Source: Octopus sinensis (taxonomy: Eukaryota). From it: a DNA stretch of 64,000 nt. Position numbers and translations under genes: made by a program. The DNA is taken from contig NC_042999.1 of assembly GCF_006345805.1 (NCBI RefSeq), positions 79,050,001 to 79,114,000 of the forward strand. Direction: 5' to 3'. The notes below the pieces were generated by a model that was not told the DNA's origin, made no database searches, and worked only from the letters and a program-made list of their open reading frames with translations. Below are positions 41,225 to 53,470 of the stretch, in pieces. Each line of letters opens with the position of its first letter. Position 1 is the stretch's first letter.

Positions 41225-41344
41225 CTTATAAATTTTATATGGCTCTTTTTCGATTCACCACCCTTTTTCACTGCAGCCGCTGACAGGTTGTGCTAATCCA
41301 CCACCGACACTAGCGAGCAGTCACCATATTCCTTTCCATATCGG

Positions 41345-41432
41345 CTAACTCTGATGAGCGTTAGGTTATGTAATCAGATTGTTACTTAACACTCCATTGT
41401 ATTCCTAGCGCGAAACCAATTGGTAAGATTAA
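41345..41432 (+). ncRNA. Type I hammerhead ribozyme motif, canonical core
   Basis: CTGATGA (41351-41357); 8-bp stem II GCGTTAGG/CCTAGCGC; GAAA; palindromic CCAATTGG; GUA with predicted cleavage after 41425; bulged stem I taact/agatta. Confidence 0.82.
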
Positions 41433-42274
41433 CTGTGATAGACATATAGTACTATATATTTCGGATAATACACATATACACACACGCATACCTACCCAAA
41501 CACACACACCTAGCCACACACACACACACACGCATATATAAGCGCATAATTAGGTATACACGTTTCACACACGTAGTACTTACAGTAACGCATATAGTTG
41601 CATATGTACGAGTATACATACGCATACACACATATGCAAACACACCAACACACACACATACACATATGCACACATTATAACCCACACATGCGCTCTCACA
41701 TGTGCCATATATCAGTGAGTTTGAATGATAAACTATGAAGCACGCTCAGATAATTATGGTGACAAATTGAATACAGAGCAAAAGGAGAGAGAAACAAAGT
41801 GGGAGAGGGAGAGATGATGTGAGAGAAAGTGATAGAAACAAAGGCTAAAGAGAGTAAGTGACGTGGTAAAAAAATATACTCAAATGATATTTAAAACTGA
41901 ATAAATAATACATATTCCATCAATATTAAAAACAATATAAAACATCTGAAGAAGATAGTGGGGAAAGAGGGTAAGTATAGTATATTGCAAAAATACGGTA
42001 GAAATTAATGGTAAATGTAAGGAATGGAAGAGCCATTGTAGAAGCAAGTGAGACGATAAAAATTCTCAAAGGAACAGAGGTGTGAGTGATAGAAGAAAAG
42101 ATAGAATGGGAGAATTACAGAATGAAGATGACGCTTGATAGGCGAATCTCTCTCTCTCTCTCTCTGTCTGCCTCTGCCTGCCTCTGCCTCTGCCTCTTTA
42201 TATATACACACACACACCAAGGCGACGTCTATATGTCATACTTGATGACGCACAAGCTGCTTCGTTCGTACGTA

Positions 42275-42347
<73 letters not shown>

Positions 42348-42348
42348 A

Positions 42349-42518
42349 GCGCATGTGTGCTGTGTAGTAGGAAGCTTGCTTCTCAGCCACATGGTTCCGG
42401 GTTCAATCCCACTGCAAGGCACTTTGGCCAAGTGTCTTCTACTATAGCCTTGGGCAGGCCAAAGACTTGTGAGACGGCAACTGAAAGAAGCCCGTCGTAT
42501 ATATATATATATACATAC

Positions 42519-42579
<61 letters not shown>

Positions 42580-42760
42580 TTTCCGCGCCATCGCTTGACA
42601 ACCAATGTTGGTATGTTTACGTCACCGTAAGTTGTAGTTCGGCAAAAAAGACCGATATAATAATTACTAGGCTTACAAGGAATAAGTTCTGTGGTCGATT
42701 TGTTCAACTAAAAGTGTTGCTCCAGTATGGCCACTGCCAAATGACTGAAACAAGTAAAAG
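42349..42760 (+). mobile_element. Family A SINE (older subfamily)
   Basis: Colinear with the adjacent copy but more diverged. Confidence 0.88.
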
Positions 42761-42792
42761 TATATATATATGCATGTATATATATATATATA

Positions 42793-43215
42793 GGCGCAGG
42801 AGTGGCTGTGTGGTAAGTAGCTTGCTAACCAACCACATGGTTGCGGGTTCAGTCCCACTGCGTGGCATCTTGGGCAAGTGTCTTCTGCTGTAGCCCCGGG
42901 CCGACCAATGCCTTGTGAGTGGATTTGGTAGACGGAAACTGAAAGAAGCCTGTCGTATATATGTATGTATATATATATATATGTGTGTGTGTGTGTTTGT
43001 GTGTCTGTGTTTGTCCCCCTAGCATTGCTTGACAACCGATGCTGGTGTGTCTACGTCCCCGCCACTTAGCGGTTCGGCAAAAGAGACCGATAGAATAAGT
43101 ACTGGGCTTACAAAGAATAAGTCTCGGGGTCGATTTGATCGACTAAAGGCGGTGCTCCAGCATGGCCGCAGTCAAATGACTGAAACAAGTAAAAGAGTAA
43201 AAGAGTAAAAGAGTA
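42793..43215 (+). mobile_element. Family A SINE, full length
   Basis: GGCGCAGGAGTGGCTGTGTGG head through an (AAAGAGTA)3 tail. Confidence 0.92.
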
Positions 43216-43232
43216 TATATATATATATATAT

Positions 43233-43536
43233 GTCACGTGATCACGTGACCGACCAGATCATCAGATGTAGTTACACATCGCTGGTCACAATGCGTTCGC
43301 ATTGTTTTAGCTTTCGAATGACGCCACCCCGCTGGCTAAGCGAGCAGGCGACAGAAGAAAGAGTGGGAGAAAGAGTGGTGAAAGAGTACAGCAGGGATCA
43401 CCACCCCCTGCCGGAGCCTCGTGGAGCTTTTAGGTGTTTTCGCTCAATAAACACTCACAACGCCCGGTCTGGGAATCGAAACTGCGATCCTGCGACCACG
43501 AGTTCACTGCCCTAACCACTAGGCCATTGCGCCTCC
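43233..43536 (-). mobile_element. Family C SINE variant with a different 3' tail
   Basis: About 180 nt of head and body match 19581-19761, followed by an unrelated tail ending GTCACGTGATCACGTGA. Confidence 0.82.
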
Positions 43537-43774
43537 ACATATATATATGTATTCGTATCAATGTATGTATATATATACATGTAAACATATATGTATGTAT
43601 ATATATTTACAATGAGAGAGAGAGAGAGGGTGGGAAAAAGATATGTATATGTGTATATGCATGTATTTATGTCTGTATATATATTATATAATATATATAT
43701 ATATATGCATATACACATACATGTACATACCAATATATATTTTTGTGTATATGCAGATGCATATATGTGTACAG

Positions 43775-44030
43775 AGCGTAAAAAACGTAAACAACATGAA
43801 AAACGAGAGCATTTAATACGAAAACATGGAAAACAAACTTTTTTGCGAACAACAAAAGAAACAAACAGAAAAACAAGACAGGCAATATAAAGAACAGTCC
43901 CTTCATCAGTTGTCCACTGTTTTATCTACTCTGCATTTCGAGCAGCAGGACAAGATGCGTCTTCGTCAAAACAGTTGCTCCCGCAAAGCAAATTAAATAA
44001 AATTTGGTATTGCGGAGGTAATTTGGTAAC
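43775..44030 (-). mobile_element. Short A-rich non-coding repeat containing CTGATGAAGGG (related copies about 50923-51460, 53215-53365, 59007-59215)
   Basis: Shared layout: (TA)n-rich flank, purine-rich AAAC tract, CCCTTC(A/T)TCAG, ATCTA(C/T)TC..TTTCGA; no complete ribozyme fold seen. Confidence 0.55.
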
Positions 44031-44089
44031 TGCTAAACCGTTAAATTGTCCCAGAAACGAACCATTTCAACTTTCATTTACAGTTACAT

Positions 44090-44437
44090 GTTGCTGGATG
44101 CCTGTATCCCTGGAGATTACATCAGGATAGGAGAGTGTGCGCCCTCTGGTATTGAGAGTAGATGGCTTCCAGAGGAGGAGAGTAGAAATTACCGCTTTTT
44201 CAGCTCTACAACAATGCTACAACAAAGAGATGACACAGGTGGTAGTTTCCCATATATTTGCACTTTGGTTGGATGGCGCCTCCACGAGAGATTTTGAGCT
44301 CTCATAAGGAGGCGAGTGTAGGTTCCATCCAACCGCCTCTCCAACCGACCTCCGTAATGCCATGATGGACCGTGAAGTCTGGCGTAGCATGGTAAATTCC
44401 ATTGTCTCGATCACGGTCGAACAATGATGAATGATGA
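44090..44437. mobile_element. RTE LINE 3' fragment with 5' inversion and TSD
   Basis: Minus 44344-44090: LERRLDGTYTRLLMRAQNLSWRRHP..HCCRAE..RGRTLSYPDVISRDTGIQQ. Plus 44347-44437: DLRNAMMDREVWRSMV and a (TGA)n tail. TSD TACAG(T/G)TACAT at 44079-44089 and 44438-44448. Confidence 0.88.
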
Positions 44438-45689
44438 TACAGGTACATATTGATTTTTCTGGACACTATAAAAACTTTTCAAAATCTGGTTTGGGTTTTC
44501 CATAAAAGTTACCCATATGCGATGAACTTCTACACATTTCATCTGAATACTATTCAATAATCAGGCATTGCTTGCTTAAATCGACTTTACCATATACCAA
44601 AAGACACTCGAATCGCAGGACGTCACACAGTGCGATCGAACCCCTAAGACTCGTGGTTACAAAACGAACTTATATATTAATTTATTTGTTTATTCATCAC
44701 TCCCCCCCCCACACACACACACATGACTTATCCGTTACTATATTTTTAGCGTTCAAATATAATCCATTAAATCTAAAACAGGACTCACTCGATGAATCTT
44801 AACTTTTTTCCTTTGAAATGTCTTTTCCGACAGCCGCCATTTTTTTCTTTCATTCACCTAACATTTCTTCCTTCTGTCCATTCTTTCCTTTTATTCTTTC
44901 CTTTTTATTTCTTTCGTTTCTTCTCACTTTTACATTTTTGTTTACTTATATTTTTATTGCTGTCTGATTTATTTTTTGTTTTCATTCAGCCTATATCAAT
45001 TTCGCACTTCTTTCTTTACATCTTACTTTCTCTCATTCCTTCTTTTCTCATCCTTTATTTTGTGCGTTCATTCTTTCTTTTCCTTTCTCTCTTTCCACTT
45101 ATTCTTTGTTTCTTTTCTTATTTTATCTTTTTATGTTTTCGTTTTAATTCTCTTTCTTTTTTTTTTCTATTTTCACTTCTTTTTCTTCTGTCTTTATTTC
45201 TTTATATATGTCGTTTTTACAACTTTCTTTGTTGTTTAATGTCCTTCTATATACACATGTACAGATACATGTGTGTATATACACGCATAAAAACATATGT
45301 ACATATACTTACATATATATGTATGTATATATAAAGACACACACATACACACATATATATATACGTAGACAAATATGTATGTATGTATATATGTATGTAT
45401 GTATGTATACATCCATCGTTGCATCAAAACGCAGCTGATCGGAATTATACGACGTGGAGACAGTTTTATCCATTCTGTTACAGCCTTCAAGATGGGAAAA
45501 AACAGTAAAGAAACTAAAAAACGAAATGTGCAGAAACAAACAAGAACATAACAAAAAGACGAAACGAAAACAACAACCCCACACGCGCGCACACACGTAA
45601 TATACATACATATAAATATATATATGCACACATGTATATACATACATACATAACACATTAATATATATTTGTATATATATATGAATATA

Positions 45690-45738
<49 letters not shown>

Positions 45739-45761
45739 ATTATATATATATATATATATAT

Positions 45762-46042
45762 AACTAATGTAGGATAAAATTTGTTTTAGGGAAAAAATTT
45801 TATCAATGGCCAGCATATCAAAAAAATACCTTTAAAGGTCAAATTTACAAATATTTTACAAAATAAGGGCAAAAAAAAAAAAAATTCTATTGCCAAGTAT
45901 GCCGAAAAAAGACAAAATTGTCAATAACCATTATAATTTATGCCGTCTCGAAACAAACCGATAGAAATTTCTAAAAATCCGTTATTACGGTTGGTCCAAT
46001 TTCGAGGTTAATCATAAGAATTTTCCCTTCTTCAGCGATAAT
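45762..46042 (-). mobile_element. Penelope-like non-coding element related to 54075-54418, with a degenerate hammerhead
   Basis: Shared TCAATGGCCAGCATA, AATTCTA.TGCCAA.TATGCCGAAAAA; minus strand tatcg-CTGAAGA-AGGG..CCTC-GAAATTGGAC. Confidence 0.7.
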
Positions 46043-46044
46043 AC

Positions 46045-46103
<59 letters not shown>

Positions 46104-46127
46104 TAGTATATATATATATCTATATAT

Positions 46128-46211
<84 letters not shown>

Positions 46212-46218
46212 CCTCATA

Positions 46219-46625
46219 GGCGCAGGAGTGGCTGTGTGGTAAGTAGCTTGCTAACCAACCACATGGTTCCGGGTTCAGTCCCACTGCGTGGCATCTTGGG
46301 CAAGTGTCTTCTGCTATAGCCTCGGGCCGACCAATGCCTTGTGAGTGGATTTGGTAGACGGAAACTGAAAGAAGCCCGTCGTATATATGTATATATATGT
46401 ATGTGTGTGTGTTTGTGTGTCTGTGTTTGTCCCCCCTAGCATTGCTTGACAACCGATGCTGGTGTGTTTATATCCCCGTTACTTAGCGGTTCGGCAAAAG
46501 AGACCGATAGAATAAGTACTGGGCTTACAAAAGAATAAGTCCCGGGGTCGAGCTGCTCGATTAAAGGTGGTGCTCCAGCATGGCCGCAGTCAAATGACTG
46601 AAACAAGTTAAAGAGTAAAGGAGTA
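46219..46625 (+). mobile_element. Family A SINE, full length
   Basis: Near-identical to 42793-43215. Confidence 0.92.
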
Positions 46626-46762
46626 TATATATATATATATAATATACATAAATACGAATATAGTGAACAAGTGAGTTTCAAAGATTCTTGGTATAGGCAA
46701 TAATTAATAGCGCTCAAAAGCCTCGAACTTAGACTCCGAAGTTTTTACGCGGAACTGTATAT

Positions 46763-46801
<39 letters not shown>

Positions 46802-46802
<1 letters not shown>

Positions 46803-46956
46803 GACAGGCTTCTTTCAGTTTCCATCTACCAAATCCACTCACAAGTCTTTGGTCAGACTAGGGTTATAGTAGAGGACACTTGCCAAATGTGTCACGGAGT
46901 GGAACTGAACCCGGAACCATGTGGTTGGGAAGCAAGCTTCCTACCACAGAGCCGCA
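46802..46956 (-). mobile_element. Family A SINE 5' half, antisense
   Basis: GGCTTCTTTCAGTTTCCATCTACCAAATCCACTCACAAG...GAACCCGGAACCATGTGG. Confidence 0.85.
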
Positions 46957-47226
46957 TTGTATACATATGGTTTCGAAATTGCAATAATATTCTCACAAGC
47001 TCATCGAAGTTTTACAACATACTGTATCGGACTCATAACTTCCTTCAGAAGCAAATTTTCCCTTTCTATTTTATTAACCTTATTTAGATCTAGAAAATTG
47101 CCAAAATGCATGTTATCATTCACTTTCTTTATTTGTTTTAAATATATCAAATTTGCCTTATAACGAGATATTCTAGTGGTCTAATGCAGTAGATGCTATG
47201 TTTTGTTGTAAAATTAGTTTTAGATT

Positions 47227-47432
47227 TTGGTACAAGGCCGGCAGTCGCAGTGGAGGAAGAAAAGCAATCTATTACATCGATCCAGTGTTCAATTGGTACT
47301 TATTTTATCAACCCCGAACGGATGAAAGGCAAAATCGACCCCGGCGGCGTTTGAACGCAGAACGCAAAAGAAGACGAAATACCGGTAAGCATTTTACTCG
47401 GAGTGCTAGCGATTCTGCTAACAAGCCGCCTT
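47227..47432 (-). mobile_element. Family B SINE
   Basis: TGGTACTTATTTTATCAACCCCGAACGGATGAAAGGCAAA. Confidence 0.8.
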
Positions 47433-48409
47433 AAAAAACAAAAAAACAAAAAAAAAAAAACATTACTAACTTCAGACTTTCCTTTCGTTTTGAATTCTTT
47501 GCTATATTCGTTTCTTCATCATTGCTTCTTATAAATAATTCGAAAATGAATTTTATATTAATGCCTGTGAATTTTATTTAGAAATAGACATTTCTGTTGT
47601 CATATCGACTAATATAATTAATTCGTTCAAACCTGAAAAGAAATCAAAAAACAAAAAAAAGTGTGCTCTGGCGGGAGCTGACATTATTATCCAATTACAA
47701 TGACGCGTTTAATCACGTGGTTTCGTATGCAAGAGCTACTGTTTCACTTGACTTTACAATGGTGGGTTTATTTATCTATTTATTTATTTTGTACTTTCGT
47801 ATTTTTATAGTCACTTCTTATCAATACTGACATTGACTACTTATATACAACTAGTTACTACTTTGTCGTGTTTATTATCGTGTTTTAGCTTCCTTTTAGT
47901 GTTCCTACTGAAGTATCTTTTGTCAAGTTCTCTAATGTTTTAACTACAGTATAATGGGAATTAGTATTTGTGTACTCATGACATTCTTTGTACTCCAGGT
48001 CGGATGAAGAAAATGACTACCACGTGGTTTTTCAAACGAAGAGGTTCATACTTGCCATGAAAGAAGAAAGAAATATTGGTTACTTCTGAGTTAACAGTGA
48101 GTGATCTTATAATAGTACATCCACCTTCCTTTACCACTGATTCCTCCAACGCTGATCCGGATAGCACGGTAGGTTTATTTGTGGACCACGTTCTGATTGT
48201 CACAGATCACTCCGTGATAACACAGGTTGTTAATCAGTCAAAGGTTATACTTGTGCTGCAAAAGTGTGCCTCGGCGACCACATACAATGCTCAGGATGAC
48301 TTGAGGCCTAGGAACGAAGCTTACGTTTTCCATATACTCTATTATTCATTTATCACTGATACGTTTAACATGTAGTTTTTTCGGATTCAAAAGCCCGTGG
48401 CTAACACTG

Positions 48410-48638
48410 TTACCCTGTTACTCTGTTACTTGTTTCAGTCGTTTTTACTGCAGCCATGCTGAAGCACCCCACAAAGGGTTTTTAGTCGCAGAAATGGACT
48501 TCAGGACTTATTCTTTGTAAGCCTGGTATTTATTGTTTTTGCCGAACCGCTAATTTACATGAACGTAAACACACCAACATTGGTTGTCAAACGATGGTTA
48601 GGGAACAAACACAGACACAAACACGCACGCACACACGC

Positions 48639-48701
<63 letters not shown>

Positions 48702-48873
48702 AACACACACACACACACACATGTACACAATGGGCTTCTTTCAGATTCCATCTACCGAATCCATTCAGAAGGCTTTGGTAGCAGAAACTTGCCCAATGTG
48801 CCCCACAATGAGATTGAACCCGAGACCATGTGCTTGAGAAGCAAGCTTCTTACCACACAGCCACGCCTGCGCC
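48410..48873 (-). mobile_element. Family A SINE with expanded internal (CA)n
   Basis: Both halves match the family; head CCACACAGCCACGCCTGCGCC at the right end. Confidence 0.85.
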
Positions 48874-49138
48874 TGAAGATATATATTTTTTCAAGACTTC
48901 GAAAAGACATGAATGCGTACAAAAAGCTAAATAATTAAGCAACTTAGAGGTTTGACTCTTATGTCTACAGAGGATTTCGTAGAAATTTTCTCAACACATT
49001 TCACTAATCTTCAAATGGTTTTGAATTCTGTATGATCATAACTTCCCTTAAGGGAGCTTTGTGGAGCTGAGAGTTATGTAGAACTATTTCCAATCTATCG
49101 TCGGCTTTTCCAAATTTGCAATATTGTTCACTGAAAAA

Positions 49139-49349
49139 GGCGGCGAGCTGGCAGAAACGTTAGCACGCATGGCGAAATGCTTAGCAGCATTTCGTCTGTC
49201 TTTACGTTCTGAATTCAAATTCCATCAAGGTCGACTTTGCTTTTCATCCTTTCGGGGTCGATAAATTAAGTATCAGTTGCGTACAGGGGTCGATCTAATC
49301 GACTGGCCCCTTCCCCAAAATTGTCGAGCTTTGTGCCTAGAGTAGAAAA
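49139..49349 (+). mobile_element. Family B SINE
   Basis: GGCGGCGAGCTGGCAGAAACGTTAGCACG head and the family core. Confidence 0.88.
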
Positions 49350-49438
49350 TATATTGTTCATTGAAAGTTCGTGAAAGTCATTGATTTCGATGACGTGGTC
49401 TATAAAATTGTATCTGAGGGAACATACACAGACACAAA

Positions 49439-49489
<51 letters not shown>

Positions 49490-50218
49490 ACACACACAAA
49501 CAAACAAACACACACACACATATTTACACGATGGGCTTCTTTCAGATTTTGTCTACCAAATCCACTCACAAGGCTTTGGTCGGCCCGTGGTTATGGTAGA
49601 AGGCAGGGTAAGTGACATTCTAAATTAATCAGGACATTTAGTAAGTGTCGAGACAATTGCGTATTTACTCCTGTTTGACTTTCTTGTTTATAGCATTGTT
49701 TCATTCATAAAACTATTTCTAAATTAATTTGCCTATATGCTTTATATTCGTCTGTTATTGATACTTTCACGTATCTTAAGTAACGATTAATTTAAAGCTA
49801 TGTCCCAATACATCCATTCTGTCGGTGAATCTTTATTAAGTTCAAATTTCGCCAAGATGAACAAAAATTTCAGTTTTTCAAAATTTTACTGAATTTCCAA
49901 GGAAAGGCAAAGAACTGTGAAGAATCAATCAAGTGTCGAGGTATAAAGAATACATCTTTTTTAAACAAGTCACTTTTTGTTACGTCATACAATCTCTCTA
50001 AATAATATTTCCGATAAAATGAAGAAAAAGGTCTTTTGTTTCGTTGATTTACGAATGAATAAATGAACACACCACACACACATGTATGTGTGTATGTCTG
50101 TTTGTATGTATATAAGAGATTTTTTGTTTCGTTTATTTACGAATGAATAGGTATCTAAAAATACAATATTATATACATATATACATAATAAATAATATAG
50201 TATGTATGTATGTATGTA

Positions 50219-50326
<108 letters not shown>

Positions 50327-50422
50327 CGGGAAGCTTTATGAAAATAAACAAAAGACGAAGGCAGGTGGAAAACAAACGAACAATTGTATTAGTATGGCGC
50401 TCAGGAAATATAATAAAACAAG

Positions 50423-50460
50423 TCTTTAACGTTTCGAGCCTACGCTCTTCAACAGAAAGA
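50423..50460 (-). ncRNA. Minimal hammerhead variant (CUGUUGA core, no stem III) in element 50325-50460
   Basis: Minus strand: tcttt-CTGTTGA-A-GAGC-gtag-GCTC-GAAA-CG-TT-aaaga. Confidence 0.62.
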
Positions 50461-50461
50461 T

Positions 50462-50907
50462 AACAATGATAAATATCAAAGGAGTTAATACAGTAGCGGT
50501 AACACATCGTGACGTATTTTTGCCATTTCAATATGGCTAACCCCTAAGGGTGGATGCTACTGTTTTTTAGCCCCAGGAGGACACACTCCTCCAGCGGCCA
50601 TAGACACACTTTCTGTGTCCTGTCAGTATTTGCAAAGGGAAGTCATCCTTCCCGTCTTCAACTTATGATACACACGGACTCGAGTTTCGAGGTATTGACC
50701 TCTCGTCAGCGTGTGACATCATAGTTGTCGGCGAGAATTAGATTCCTTCACAAATAATTATACTTTTTCCAGCGTCCACTGTCGCTGATATTGAAAAAGT
50801 GAAATCAAACAATGATAAATATCAAAGTGAGTTATATACAGTAGCGGTAACACATCGTGACGTATTTTTGCCATTTCAATATGGCTAACCCCTAAGGGTG
50901 GATGCTA
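50462..50907 (-). mobile_element. Retrozyme-like element: 1.3 copies of a monomer of about 347 nt containing one hammerhead
   Basis: Direct repeats 50462-50559 and 50808-50907 (differing by two 1-nt indels); no ORF; ribozyme at 50671-50715. Confidence 0.82.
50659..50727 (-). ncRNA. Type I hammerhead ribozyme, intact consensus
   Basis: Minus strand: CACACG-CTGACGA-GAGGT-caat-ACCTC-GAAAC-TCGA-GTC-CGTGTG. Stem I extends to about 17 bp with two bulges (caact-atgatg / tatcat-a-agttg). Predicted cut between 50677 and 50676. Confidence 0.92.
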
Positions 50908-52569
50908 TATATATATATATGCGTATATGGGAACAGGACATCACCAACAGTGCAAACAACATGAAATACTTAAACAACGAGGGAAAAGAAATTGAAAACA
51001 GGACAAGTAAACACAGAGAAAGGACCCTTCATCAGTTCTCAGCTGTCTATCTATTCCTCATTTCGAGCATTCAACGCTAATACGAGTCTTCAAAGACAGT
51101 TGATCCCATAAATTCTAAAATAAAATTTAAGATTTATGGTGGGGTGGAGGGGCAAAGTAGGGAATAAAAACAGGACAGTGGGGACATACAAGGAAACCGA
51201 ACGAATAAAAAAACATGGAGAGTCGCTACACCAGAACAAGAGGAAAATAGTGAACGTTGGGAGAAATATTTTCTTTGACAAGAGAAAAAATAGAAGTGAG
51301 AGAGAGAAAAAAACGTCGTCTTTTGAACGTCCGTGCAGGAAAAGATGTTCACGTGAGGAAAAGAAAGATGGACGATGGTCACATGTGAGCAACGAGAGAG
51401 AGAAAAAGAGAAACAAGGGGAGAAAGGCAGATACAAACAAGGAAAATGCCCCTTGTATTTGAATACTATGCAAATATTCTTTTAAAAAACTTTTAAAAAA
51501 CATTTTTCCAAAATGTAATTGTTTTCCATACTTATAGTTGAAAAATTCTCAATGAGTGAAGCCGGCACTGAAATGTTTTTTATAAAATTATTTTAGCATT
51601 TTCTATCTTGACTTTTTACCATATATATATATGTGTGTGTGAGCGTGCGTGCGTGCGCGTATATACATACATACATATATACATACATACATACATACAT
51701 ACATACATACATACATACATACATACATACACGAGTGTGTGCGCGTGCGTAATAAGAACAGTAAAATTCAAGAAATGTATTTACTTCGCAAAAAATATAT
51801 GGAAAATTTAGCGTGTTTTAAGTAATTAGCGTTGATTAATAAATCAAATTACACGCAATATCACATAATTTAACTTTTTTTCAATTTTGTGCAAATATTC
51901 AATCTCAATTTATTATTCTCTTTGCAGTTCCTTCGTGCTTTTTAATACAAATCAATTTTTATCTTAAATGAATTTAATTTAAAATAAACTAGTGCTCATT
52001 GGAGCACTTTCTTCTTATAAGTATATCTGGTGATTACTTTAACTGAAAATTTAACAATTTTATTCGATCTGTAAATGCATATTCTTTAAGTGAATCTATG
52101 AACAAAAAAGCTTTGAAATTGTATTTATTTAAAATAGTTATAAATGGGTTTTAATAGAAAAATACATTATATAAATGGCAAACCTAATAAACCGTAACAT
52201 AAAATTGATCATAAGCTAGTTGTAGTTTTTTAAATATTTTAAATTTCAATTCTGTTGATTTCTTATTGAAACTATGTATATATAAATACATTTCGGTTGC
52301 GATGTATAATGATGTAATTTGAATAATGCTTGTTGCTTACACCACTATGACTACCAGTAGAATACAATTTACAGGTAATAATTCAAATTATTGTAAATGA
52401 TTTTTGTATGTTTTTATAGAGGGTGAGATTTGAAGAAAGTGAAACTAAGTTAACGCATTGGGTGAAAACAATTGTAATAATGCTACTCTATCTTCATATA
52501 GAAATTATTGGCTTCATTGAAAGATGAATGTAAAAAATAGGTTATAGCGTTCAGTTGTTTTTCACATAT

Positions 52570-53470
52570 CTTTTACTTGTCTCAATCATTAGACGCGGTC
52601 ATGCTTGGGGCACCACCTTGATGAATTTTTAGGCAAATGAGCCGACCTCAGTACTTTTATTACTTATTCTGTCAGTTCCTTATGCAGAACGGCTAAGTTA
52701 CGGGGACGTAAACATACCAACACCGATTGTCATGCGGTAGAGCGGAGACAAACACAGACACATAGGCACACACAAACACATTCACATATAAATATTTATA
52801 TATTTATCTATTATATAAAATCCGTTCTGTCTGTCTGTGTGTGTCTTCTAGGATCTCGGGCACCCTCCATCCGATTGCGCTCAAATTTTATATGTAGATA
52901 CCGACGGTATAAGGGCGTGTATAAGTCTTGAAAAAGTTACAAAAATCGATTCCAGGTGAGAATGAGATCAATAAAGCCGTGAGAACGTGCATATGTACGT
53001 GTTTCTCAAAGGGGGGGCTATGGGACGGTATGAGATGTTGTTTTCAGAAAATTTGATTTAAATCTTTGACAACTCAGCACCGTCTGTTGGACGGGGACGG
53101 CGTTTTGCTCGTGCATATATATATATATATATATATAATATATTAATAAATAAAACATATGCATATATATGTACATATATGTACGTACCTACCTCTACAT
53201 GTATACATACACGCATATATGAGTACAGGACACCAAAAAAAACGTCGAACACAATGAGAAACGAAAACATAGACACAAACACAAAAAAAGTACAGGACAA
53301 ATAACACAAGGAAAAAAACCCCTTCTTCAGTCGCCATGGTTTCATCTACTCTACGTCTCGAAGGTGACACGACGCGCTTCTTTCAGTTTCCGCCTGCCAA
53401 ATCTACTCAGAAGGCTCTAATCAGTTCGAAGTTATTGTAGAAGTCACTTGTCCATGGTGTCACGCAGTAT
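52570..53470 (-). mobile_element. Family A SINE (3' half 52570-52780, 5' half about 53370-53470) interrupted in its microsatellite
   Basis: Both halves are recognisable; a Helitron and a second repeat lie between them. Confidence 0.75.
52807..53111 (+). mobile_element. Non-autonomous Helitron-like element
   Basis: A|TCTATTATATAAAATCCGTTCTGTCTGTCTG..., subterminal CCGTC/GACGG hairpin, end TTTTGCTCG|T; homologous to 17012-17261. Confidence 0.78.

Noticed and set aside
44792-45334. 180-aa Phe/Leu-rich membrane-like ORF
   Set aside because: Product of a (TTTC)-rich pyrimidine tract.
47976-48375. Complex, coding-looking segment with ORFs on both strands
   Set aside because: No recognisable motif; candidate splice frames hit stops.
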